Shown piece after piece: positions 18,877-26,639 of a stretch of DNA of 64,000 bases (position 1 is the stretch's first letter; the number at the start of each line of letters is the position of its first letter). The notes under the pieces were generated by a model that saw only the letters and a list, made by a program, of their open reading frames with translations, was not told the origin of the DNA and did no database searches. The position numbers and the translations under genes were made by a program. Source of the DNA: Candidatus Aminicenantes bacterium (GTDB lineage Bacteria; Acidobacteriota; Aminicenantia; Aminicenantales; Saccharicenantaceae); the NCBI GenBank assembly GCA_963719985.1, contig CAVRDU010000001.1:32023-96022 (forward strand). Direction: 5' to 3'.

Positions 18877-19760
18877 TTCCGCCCCGGCACGCGGTAGAGA
18901 TGGATCTTGTGGTCGCGGCCGGCCTCGTCGGCGATGGCCTCGCTCAGGACGAGCCGGTCGTCCCAGCCGGGGATCATGTAGTCGTGGGAGACGACGCGGG
19001 CGCCCGGCCTGAGGTCCCGCTCGAAGACGGGCGCCAGGGCCTCAAGCGACTCCGGAAGGAGGTAGAGGGCCAGGACGGTGGCCTCGGAGAGGCGGGCCTT
19101 GGTGGCGTCCATCTCGAGGAAGCGGACGAGCTTGGCGACGCCCTCCCGCTCGGCCCCGGCCCGGCATTCGGCGACGAGGGCGGGATCGATCTCGATCCCG
19201 ACTCCGCGGGCCCCGTGGAGCTTCGCCGCCGCGATGACCATCCGGCCGTCGCCGCAGCCGACGTCGTAGAGGATGTCGTTCCTGTCGACGACCGCGGCCT
19301 CGAGCATGCGCTCGACCACGACCCGGGGCGTCGGGACGTAGGGGGCGAGGTCGGCCGCGTCCTCCCGGCCGTGGGAGCCGGGATAGACCCTGACGGAGTC
19401 GCTCGCGTCGTAGCGGAAGGAGTAGGGCTTGCCGGGATGCAGGGTATAGGTGGAGGTCCGCTTGCCGCTGTCGAACGAGATCTCGACGGGGAGGTCGGTG
19501 GCGATCCTGTCGACGGCCCCGACGGCGAGGGTCCGGGCGATCGGGACCTTGACGCCCCGGCCGGACGTGATGGCGTAGGCGATCGGCCGCTTGGTGACGT
19601 TGCGGAGGGTCGCGTCCTCCCGGAAGAGCGTCGCGGCGGTGGGCCGGGGGGCGAGGTCGATCCGGTTCTCCGCCTCCTTGTCCGCCCTTCCATAGAAGAG
19701 CGCCAGAACGGCCAGGAGGGCGAAGGAGACCGCGATCGCGGCCTTGACGGCCCGCTTCAA
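18873..19760 (-). CDS. Class I SAM-dependent methyltransferase with N-terminal membrane anchor/signal and extra beta domain
   Basis: APYVPTP, DVGCGDGRMV, GIEID, YLL, PGARVVSHDY; TTG start then hydrophobic AIAVSFALLAVLALF; stop overlaps addB GTG start. Confidence 0.82.
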   Translation of the reverse strand: MKRAVKAAIAVSFALLAVLALFYGRADKEAENRIDLAPRPTAATLFREDATLRNVTKRPIAYAITSGRGVKVPIARTLAVGAVDRIATDLPVEISFDSGKRTSTYTLHPGKPYSFRYDASDSVRVYPGSHGREDAADLAPYVPTPRVVVERMLEAAVVDRNDILYDVGCGDGRMVIAAAKLHGARGVGIEIDPALVAECRAGAEREGVAKLVRFLEMDATKARLSEATVLALYLLPESLEALAPVFERDLRPGARVVSHDYMIPGWDDRLVLSEAIADEAGRDHKIHLYRVPGRK

Positions 19761-19799
19761 GACGTTCCCCCGGCCCGAGCTGGATCCCGCATCCCTCCC

Positions 19800-19828
19800 A
19801 CGTTAAAACAGAGGGGCATCCAAGTCAA
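19800..19828 (-). promoter_or_regulatory. Sigma70-type promoter for methyltransferase-addB-addA operon
   Basis: TTGACT (19828-19823), 17-nt spacer, TAACGT (19805-19800). Confidence 0.45.
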
Positions 19829-19833
19829 CGCCG

Positions 19834-19905
19834 CTAGAAAAGGACGAGGAGCGCCGCGACCAGGACGACGACCGCCCACAGCACGACCCGCATCACCGTC
19901 TTCAT
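19834..19905 (-). CDS. Candidate 23-aa single-pass membrane micropeptide [23 protein letters not shown] (not in ORF track)
   Basis: ATG overlaps the RHH gene stop (ATGA); almost all codons end in G/C; basic N-terminus then 17 hydrophobic residues; TAG at 19836-19834. Confidence 0.55.
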   Translation of the reverse strand: MKTVMRVVLWAVVVLVAALLVLF

Positions 19906-20072
19906 TTCCGGTCCTCCTGTCCCCGGCGGAGGCGGCCGGCCTTGCGGACCGCCTCCTTGAGGACGTATTCCATCTGGGCGTTGATGCTGCGCAGCTCGTC
20001 GGCCGCCCACTTTTCCAGGGCGTCGTAGAGCGCCTCGTCAAGCCTCAGAAGGAACTTTTTCTTATCGCTCAC
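19902..20072 (-). CDS. Arc/ribbon-helix-helix DNA-binding protein, 56 aa (not in ORF track)
   Basis: GTG start; [56 protein letters not shown]: beta strand FLLRL, helix, RSxN turn, helix. Confidence 0.88.
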   Translation of the reverse strand: MSDKKKFLLRLDEALYDALEKWAADELRSINAQMEYVLKEAVRKAGRLRRGQEDRK

Positions 20073-20087
20073 GGCCCGTTTTTCTCG

Positions 20088-20966
20088 TCAGGTATGGAGG
20101 GTCCCCGTGTTGACGATGGGATGCATCTCGGCCTCCGAGACGAGGGCCACGAGGAGGTTGTTGACCATGGCCGCCTTCCTCTCCTCGTCGAGCCGGACGA
20201 CGCCCTGGGCCTCGAGGCTCTTGAGGGCCATCTCGACCATGCCGATGGCGCCGTCGACGATCTGGCGCCGGGCGGCGATGATGGCCTCGGCCTGCTGGCG
20301 CCGGAGCATGGCCTGGGCGATCTCCGGGGCGTAGGCCAGATGGGACAGGCGGGCCTCGACGACGTGGAGGCCGGCGACGTCGAGCCGGTTCTGGACCTGG
20401 CTCTTGAGCTTCAAGGCGATCTCGTCCGGGTTGGCCCGGAGGGATTCCGTCTCCTGGTCGTGGGCGTCGTAGGGGTAGTGGGTGGCCAGCTGGCGAATGG
20501 CCGTCTCGCTCTGGATGGCCACGAAGTGCTGATAGCTCTCGACGTTGAACAGGGCCTTGGCCGAGTCGACGACGTGCCAGACGACGACGGCGGCGATCTC
20601 GATGGGGTTGCCCAGGGCGTCGTTGACCTTGAGCGTCTCGCTGTTGAAGTTGGAGATGCGCAGGGTCACCTTCTTCTTGACGGCGAAGGGATTGGTCCAG
20701 AAGAAGCCGGCCGTCCGGGCCGAGCCGACGTACTTGCCGAGGAAGGTGAAGACCTTGGACTCGTTCGGGTGGATGAGGAAGAAGCCGCCGAAGGTCATGA
20801 AGGCGAGGATGGACGCGCAAACGGCGACGATCATCCCCGCCGTCGCCCCGGCCTGGTCCACGTGGGTGACGAAGTGGCGGCCGCTGAAGAAGAACACGAC
20901 CAGATCGACGACGACCATGATCCAGCCGTTGAGGCCGAAGATCTGTTTCTCCTGGATGTCTTTCAT
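20088..20966 (-). CDS. SPFH (band 7) domain membrane protein
   Basis: Two N-terminal TM helices, GFFWTNPF, LKVNDALGNPIEIAAVVVW, QSETAIRQLATHYPYD, RLSHLAYAPEIAQAMLRRQQA; AAGGAGG RBS. Confidence 0.9.
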   Translation of the reverse strand: MKDIQEKQIFGLNGWIMVVVDLVVFFFSGRHFVTHVDQAGATAGMIVAVCASILAFMTFGGFFLIHPNESKVFTFLGKYVGSARTAGFFWTNPFAVKKKVTLRISNFNSETLKVNDALGNPIEIAAVVVWHVVDSAKALFNVESYQHFVAIQSETAIRQLATHYPYDAHDQETESLRANPDEIALKLKSQVQNRLDVAGLHVVEARLSHLAYAPEIAQAMLRRQQAEAIIAARRQIVDGAIGMVEMALKSLEAQGVVRLDEERKAAMVNNLLVALVSEAEMHPIVNTGTLHT

Positions 20967-20983
20967 TTGAACCTCCTTGAAAT

Positions 20984-21020
20984 TAATATCACTATAATAT
21001 CATTACGATATTAATGTCAA
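20984..21020 (-). promoter_or_regulatory. Promoter with three 8-bp operator boxes at 11-bp period
   Basis: Minus strand reads TTGACA-t-TAATATCG-taa-TGATATTA-tag-TGATATTA; -35 TTGACA 21020-21015, -10 TATAGT 20996-20991 (18-nt spacer); strongly AT-rich island in a GC-rich window. Confidence 0.75.
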
Positions 21021-21060
21021 GCGGTTTTTTTCGGCCGTTCCGGGCCCGGGCGGCCGCGGC

Positions 21061-23478
21061 TCACTCGTAGCGGAGCGATTCCACGGGATTGGCCCGGGCG
21101 GCCGCGTACGACTTGTAGCCGACGCTGAGGGTGGCGACGGCCAGCGTCAGGGCCGCGGCGAGAACGAAGGCCGCGGCGTCGATCCCGACGGCGTAGGGGA
21201 AATCGCGGAGCCAGGCCCGGGCGGCGAGATAGCCGATCGGCCAGGCCAGGGCGTTCGCGACGCCGATGAGGACGACGAATTCCCGGCAGAGGAGGACGAC
21301 GATCGAAGCCGAAGACGAGCCGAGCACTTTCCGGATCCCGATCTCCTTGGTCCTTTGCGCCGAGGCGTACGAGGCCAGCCCGAACAGACCGACGCAGCCG
21401 ATGAGGATCGCGACCGCGGAAAAGCCCCGGAAGATCGCCGCGAGGCGGGATTCGGCGGTGTGCCGGCCGTCGTAGAACTCGCCCAGGAAGAACGAATGAT
21501 AGGGATGGCCGGGGAAGATCTCTTTCCACTTCGCCTCGATCCGGGCCGCGACACCGCGGACGTCCTCCGTCTCCAGGCGCAGGGTCAGCCGCCTCACCCT
21601 GTTCTCGATGGGGCCCTCCTTCCCGACGAACTCGACGACCGTCGGTTCGATCGCGGCGTACAGGGACCTCTGATGGATGTCCCGGAAGACGCCGATGATC
21701 CGCTTCGCGACGGCCTCGCTCGAGAACGGGGCCCGGATCTCGATCTTCTTCCCGACGGGATCGTCCCACGCCAGCCTCTGGGCCGCGGTCGCGTTGATCA
21801 TCACCCCTTCGGCCTGGTCGACGAGGCTCGCCTTGGAAAACGCCTGCCCCCGTATCACTTCGATCCCGAGCGTCCCGACGAAGCCGTCGTCGACGAAGAA
21901 CTCGTCCATCCTCAGGGCCTGGTCGCGGGGATGCCCCTCGGGGAACGTCGAGACATTGAACAAGTACATCTCCCCGGGGACCATGGACGAGCTCCCGGCG
22001 CTCGCGACCCCAGGGATCCGGAGGACCTCGGTCTTGAAGGCTTCGAGGCCCCGCCTCACCTCTTCGTTGGGAACGTTCAGGACGAGCCTGTCTCCTTTGT
22101 CGAATCCCAAGTCCTTCGTCCGCATGTAGGTCATCTGGGAAAAAATGACGGAGGTGGCGACGATGAGCACGGTCATGGCGGCGAATTGGAACACGACGAG
22201 GGCCGACCGGATCCGGGCCCCCTTCGGCCCCCGCGCGAGCTCCCCCCGCGTCGCCGCCAGCGGCTTGAACGCGGACAGGACCACGGCCGGGTAGCTTCCC
22301 GCGAAGAGCCCCACGAAAAGGAAGACGCCGGCCAGGCCTCCTACGACGAACGGCGTTCCGAGAAAGCCGGCCGGGATGCCCCGGCCCGCGAGTCCTCCGA
22401 AATACGGGAGGAGCAGCCGGGCCGCGACGACGCCGACGCAACAGGCGATCAGGCTGAAAAGGAAAGATTCCCCGAGAAATTGAAGCACGAGCGACCCTCT
22501 CGGAGCGCCCAGGATCTTGCGCACACCGACCTCCCGGGCCCGGCCGGCCGAACGGGCGGTCGCGAGGTTCATGAAATTGACGCAGGCGAGGAGAAGGATG
22601 ACCCCGGCGATCGCCGCCAAAGTGGCGACGACGCGGCTGTCGCCATTCGCCCCGAGCTCCCCTTGAAGCCGCGAGCGGAGGTGGATCGTCCCGAGCGGCT
22701 GGAGGAACAGAGACAGCTCCACGCCCGTGTCCCGAAGGAGGGGATCGATGTACTCGGCCTCGAAGCCGTCGAGCTTGTTCTCCAGGGCTTCCGGATCGGC
22801 GCTCTCCCCGAGCTCGACGTAGGTGGCGAAGGAGCCTCCGCCCCACTCTCCGATCCTCGCGTCGTACTGGATGAACGTGGCGAACGAGGCGAGGACGGTG
22901 AAGGTGAAGTGGGAGTTCGCCGGGGGGGCCTGGACGACCCCGGTGACCCGGTAATCGAACCGGTTGTCCCACCTTACGGTCTTGCCGACGGGGTCCTCGT
23001 CCCCGAAGTACTTGCGGGCCGTCTCCTCCGTCATGACCATGGTAAAGGGAGCCTCGAGGGCCGTTTCCGGATCCCCTTTGACGAGCTTGAACGAGAAGAC
23101 GCTGAAGACCGAGCGGTCCGCGTAAAAGACCCCGTCCTGGAAGAAAACCCGGTCCCCTGTGGAGAAGGCCCGCCTGACCGTCGGGCTGAAGCGGACCGAA
23201 TCCACGACTTCGGGGAAATCAGCGACCATCGTCGGGCCGACCGGCGCGGGGGCCGTCGCGAACCGGTTCTCCGTCCCCTGGCTGGCGCGCGTCGAGGCGA
23301 CCCGGAAGATGCGGTCCGCGTTCGCGTGGTATCGGTCGAAGGAACGCTCGTACGCCACATAGGCGAGGATCAGGACGGCGCAGGCCATCCCGACACTCAG
23401 TCCGAAGACGTTGATCAGGGAGTAGGTTTTCTGCCTGACGAGGTTCCGGACGGCGATCCTGACGAGATCCCTGAGCAT
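21061..23478 (-). CDS. MacB/FtsX-like duplicated ABC transporter permease (orphan)
   Basis: INVFGLSVGMAC, two periplasmic domains, ACVNFMNLATARSAGRAREVGVRKILGA, RTKEIGIRKVLG, ANPVESLRYE; no adjacent ATPase. Confidence 0.9.
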   Translation of the reverse strand: MLRDLVRIAVRNLVRQKTYSLINVFGLSVGMACAVLILAYVAYERSFDRYHANADRIFRVASTRASQGTENRFATAPAPVGPTMVADFPEVVDSVRFSPTVRRAFSTGDRVFFQDGVFYADRSVFSVFSFKLVKGDPETALEAPFTMVMTEETARKYFGDEDPVGKTVRWDNRFDYRVTGVVQAPPANSHFTFTVLASFATFIQYDARIGEWGGGSFATYVELGESADPEALENKLDGFEAEYIDPLLRDTGVELSLFLQPLGTIHLRSRLQGELGANGDSRVVATLAAIAGVILLLACVNFMNLATARSAGRAREVGVRKILGAPRGSLVLQFLGESFLFSLIACCVGVVAARLLLPYFGGLAGRGIPAGFLGTPFVVGGLAGVFLFVGLFAGSYPAVVLSAFKPLAATRGELARGPKGARIRSALVVFQFAAMTVLIVATSVIFSQMTYMRTKDLGFDKGDRLVLNVPNEEVRRGLEAFKTEVLRIPGVASAGSSSMVPGEMYLFNVSTFPEGHPRDQALRMDEFFVDDGFVGTLGIEVIRGQAFSKASLVDQAEGVMINATAAQRLAWDDPVGKKIEIRAPFSSEAVAKRIIGVFRDIHQRSLYAAIEPTVVEFVGKEGPIENRVRRLTLRLETEDVRGVAARIEAKWKEIFPGHPYHSFFLGEFYDGRHTAESRLAAIFRGFSAVAILIGCVGLFGLASYASAQRTKEIGIRKVLGSSSASIVVLLCREFVVLIGVANALAWPIGYLAARAWLRDFPYAVGIDAAAFVLAAALTLAVATLSVGYKSYAAARANPVESLRYE

Positions 23479-23574
23479 GACATCCTCCTCGGACGATATC
23501 GCGTCCGATATGTCTTCAACGCTGATTTTAGCAGGATTTCAGCCTTGCCGATACCGGTGGAGCTCGTCCTCAAA

Positions 23575-23612
23575 GGAAAAGGCCCCCCGAACACGGGTTC
23601 GGGGGGGCCTTC
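23575..23612 (-). terminator. Intrinsic terminator downstream of aldo/keto reductase
   Basis: AAGGCCCCCCGAAC-acgg-GTTCGGGGGGGCCTT stem (one bulge); T-rich tail follows on the minus strand. Confidence 0.75.
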
Positions 23613-23634
23613 GAAGTCTCTAGAAATGATGAGG

Positions 23635-24867
23635 TTACGCGAAGAAGTCGCCCGGGACGCTCCGGAGGCGGCTGATGTCCCTGACCCGGTCGGCGACGTC
23701 GAAGCCCTTGGCGCAGACGGCCGTACAGGAGGCGCAGGAGCCGCACGGGTTCTCGGCGACGTCGAGCGAGCCGACGAGCTCGTGGGCGAGGCCGAGGTTC
23801 CGGTAGCCGTAGGCGTACATGTAGCTTCTCATGAGGTCGGGGATCGGGAGACCGTTGGGGCAGCCGGTTTGGCACTGGCCGCACTGCTGGCAGTAGAGCC
23901 CGGCCACCTGCTCGCCGAGGCGGAGGTCCCTGAGCTCGTCCGCGGTGAGCGTCAGGTCGGTCACGACGGAGAAGTTCTCCTTGAGCTGGTCGAAGGTCGT
24001 GAAGCCCGGGATGGCCGTCGTCACGCTCGGATCGTTGAGGGCCCACTTCAGGGCGGCCTTCATGTTGATCGGCTGCTGCTTCTCCTTGTCCCAGTAGGCG
24101 CCGGCCTGGGTCTTCATGGCCACGACACCGATGCCCGCGGCGGACGCCTCGGCCATGGCCTTGCCGATCTCGGCCCGGTGGTCCTGGCGGAAATTGTAGG
24201 CGGTGAGGACGACGTCGTAGGCCTTGGCCTCGATCGTCGCTCTGATGACGGCCGGTTCGTTGGAGTGGGTGGTAACGCCGATGAAGCGGGCCTTGCCCGC
24301 TTTCTTGGCCTTCTGGAGGGCGGCGATCATGTCCGGGTTCTGGACGTGCTCGGCGGCCGAGTTGTTGTGGAGGTACAGGACCTCGACATGGTCGAGGCCG
24401 AGGCGCTGCAAGCTCAGGTCGAACAGGTCGAGGAAGGCCTTCTGGAGGGCTTCGCCGGTCAGCCCCTGCATGGTCCTCTCCCGGTTCGGGCCGGGGACCT
24501 TGGTGAAGACCATGTAGGAATCCCGGGGTCGTCCCTTGACGACCTGGCCGATCATCTCTTCGTTCCGGCCGCGCTGATAGCCGTGGGCGGTGTCGAGCAT
24601 GACGATGCCCGATTCGAGGGCGGCCTGGACGACGGCCGGGTTGTCGGCGTTCATGACGCCCATGCTGACGACCGGGATCTTGAGGCCGGTCTTGCCGAGC
24701 GTCCGGACGATCGGCTTCCCCGCGGCCCCGGCGGCGGCCTGTCTCGTCCCGGCCGCGCCCAGGGCGGCCGCCTTGACGGCACCCGGCACGGCCCCGACGG
24801 CCGCCAATCCGGTCAGCCCTTTCTTCAGAAAGGACCTTCTCCCGAGTTCGCTTGTCGTTCTCGTCAT
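23635..24867 (-). CDS. Tat-exported aldo/keto reductase with C-terminal 2x[4Fe-4S] domain
   Basis: GRRSFLKKG Tat motif; DTAHGY, FTK, YLH AKR motifs; CQQCGQCQTGCP and CGSCASCTAVC. Confidence 0.88.
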   Translation of the reverse strand: MTRTTSELGRRSFLKKGLTGLAAVGAVPGAVKAAALGAAGTRQAAAGAAGKPIVRTLGKTGLKIPVVSMGVMNADNPAVVQAALESGIVMLDTAHGYQRGRNEEMIGQVVKGRPRDSYMVFTKVPGPNRERTMQGLTGEALQKAFLDLFDLSLQRLGLDHVEVLYLHNNSAAEHVQNPDMIAALQKAKKAGKARFIGVTTHSNEPAVIRATIEAKAYDVVLTAYNFRQDHRAEIGKAMAEASAAGIGVVAMKTQAGAYWDKEKQQPINMKAALKWALNDPSVTTAIPGFTTFDQLKENFSVVTDLTLTADELRDLRLGEQVAGLYCQQCGQCQTGCPNGLPIPDLMRSYMYAYGYRNLGLAHELVGSLDVAENPCGSCASCTAVCAKGFDVADRVRDISRLRSVPGDFFA

Positions 24868-24928
24868 TCTCTCCTCCAAAAAAAATTCCCGTTCCCCCGA
24901 CGGGTCAATTCCGACTGATCTGATATCC

Positions 24929-25014
24929 ATTGTATAGAATGGGCCGCCGTTGTCAAACGCCACCCGGGCCGGCCGGGGCCCCGGGTTTGACTTTTCCCGA
25001 CCCGGGGCTATACT
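24929..25014. promoter_or_regulatory. Divergent sigma70 promoters
   Basis: Minus: TTGACA (24956-24951)-N16-TACAAT; plus: TTGACT (24987-24992)-N16-TATACT (25009-25014). Confidence 0.5.
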
Positions 25015-25022
25015 TGCAATCG

Positions 25023-25589
25023 ATGACGAGACACGCGTCCTTTCGCTTCGTGCCGGCGGTCCTCCTCGGCCTCTTCCTCGGCGGCCCCTCGGACGGCCAG
25101 GTCGCGCGGCCTATCGACGACTTCCCGGCGAGGACCTTCTTCTCGGTCCGCTCGGCGCGGCCCGACGACGCCATCCCCGATTCCCTCCGTGAACAGTTCG
25201 AGAAGGACGACGCCGGCCCGCTGCGGTCGGTCGCGGTCGACCTCGACGGCGACGGCCGGGACGAGAAGTTCGTCCTCTCCGCCGCGCTCACGGGCTCGGG
25301 GGGCTACCAGTGGCTCGTCTACGACCCCTTCCGGGGCATCGTCCGGGGCGTCGTCGTCGGGGCCATCATCTTCGTCGGCAGCGACGCCGACAGCGGCTTT
25401 CCCCGGCTCGAGACCTACTGGAAGCAGGGCGGGGACATGTCGGTCGTCTTCCGCTACAAGTTCGACAAGACCCGCTACGGCCGTTCCGGGACGCGGGCCC
25501 TGACGCTCTGGGAAACGAGCGAGTACTTCCGGGCGAAACCGCCCCTCGACCTCGAACGGGAGCTCGTCGAGATCAAGTCGCCCTCATGA
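25023..25589 (+). CDS. Exported hypothetical protein with a DxDGDG Ca-binding-type loop
   Basis: Signal peptide; VDLDGDGRDEKF motif; stop overlaps next ATG. Confidence 0.6.
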   Translation: MTRHASFRFVPAVLLGLFLGGPSDGQVARPIDDFPARTFFSVRSARPDDAIPDSLREQFEKDDAGPLRSVAVDLDGDGRDEKFVLSAALTGSGGYQWLVYDPFRGIVRGVVVGAIIFVGSDADSGFPRLETYWKQGGDMSVVFRYKFDKTRYGRSGTRALTLWETSEYFRAKPPLDLERELVEIKSPS

Positions 25590-26596
25590 GGACCCGGCGC
25601 CGCCGAACCCTCCTCCATTCCCTCCTCCCGGTCCTGATCCTCGCCCTCCTCGCCGGGGCGGCCTGCCGCGAGCCCGAGTCCGCGGGAGCGCCCGGCGCGA
25701 GGCCCCCGCGGATCGCCGTCGTCCCCATGGGCACGACCCACGAGTTCTGGAAGGCCGTCCACGCCGGCGCCCTGGCCGCCGCCCGCGAGCTCGGTGCGGA
25801 GATCGTCTGGAAGGGACCGCTTAAAGAGGACGACCGCGACGAGCAGGTCCGGATCGTCGAGACGCTCGCCGACTCCGGCGTCGACGCCATCGTCCTCTCC
25901 CCGCTCGACGACCGGGCCCTCGTCCGCCCCGTGGCCGAGGCCCGCCGGGCGGGGATCCCGACGGTCGTCTTCAACTCGGCCCTCCAGGGCGAGGAGCACG
26001 TCGCCTACGTCTCCACCGACAACTTCCTGGGCGGGGCCCTGGCCGCCCGGGCCGTCGGCCGGGCGACGGGCGGGCACGGGCGGCTCGTCATGGTCAGGGT
26101 CAAAGCCGGCGTCGAGGGAACGACCCGCCGCGAGGAAGGCTTTCTCGAGACGCTCCGCGCCGAGTACGCCTCGATCGAGGTCCTCTCGGAGAACCAGTAC
26201 GGGGGGACGTCGACCGAGACGGCCTATCAGACGATGGAGAACCTGCTCTCGCGCTTCCCCGGAGTCGAGGCCGTGTTCACGCCGAACGAATCGACCACTT
26301 TCGGCGCCCTGCGGGCCCTTCAGGACCATGGCCTGGCCGGCAAGGTCGTCCACGTCGGTTTCGACGCGTCGGACAAGCTGATCGAGGCCCTGGCCGGAGG
26401 GGAGTTGGCCGGGCTCGTCCTTCAGGATCCCTTCGCCATGGGCGAACGGAGCCTGAGGACCGCGGTCGCCCATCTGCGCGGCGAGCCCTATGAGAAGCGG
26501 GCGGCCACGGCCGTCGTCCTGATCACGCGGGAGAACATGGACGAACCCGGGATCCGGCGGCTGCTTCGCCCGGACCTCTCCGCCCTTGATGAATGA
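25586..26596 (+). CDS. RbsB-like sugar-binding lipoprotein (periplasmic binding protein type 1)
   Basis: Lipobox LAGAAC; GTTHEFWKAVHAGA, DAIVLSPLD, VSTDNFLGG, FTPNESTT, VGFD, LQDPFAMG. Confidence 0.88.
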   Translation: MRTRRRRTLLHSLLPVLILALLAGAACREPESAGAPGARPPRIAVVPMGTTHEFWKAVHAGALAAARELGAEIVWKGPLKEDDRDEQVRIVETLADSGVDAIVLSPLDDRALVRPVAEARRAGIPTVVFNSALQGEEHVAYVSTDNFLGGALAARAVGRATGGHGRLVMVRVKAGVEGTTRREEGFLETLRAEYASIEVLSENQYGGTSTETAYQTMENLLSRFPGVEAVFTPNESTTFGALRALQDHGLAGKVVHVGFDASDKLIEALAGGELAGLVLQDPFAMGERSLRTAVAHLRGEPYEKRAATAVVLITRENMDEPGIRRLLRPDLSALDE

Positions 26597-26639
26597 AGCG
26601 TCCGGCCTCCGGGGAGAGGCGCGGATCGAGGAGGATCGC

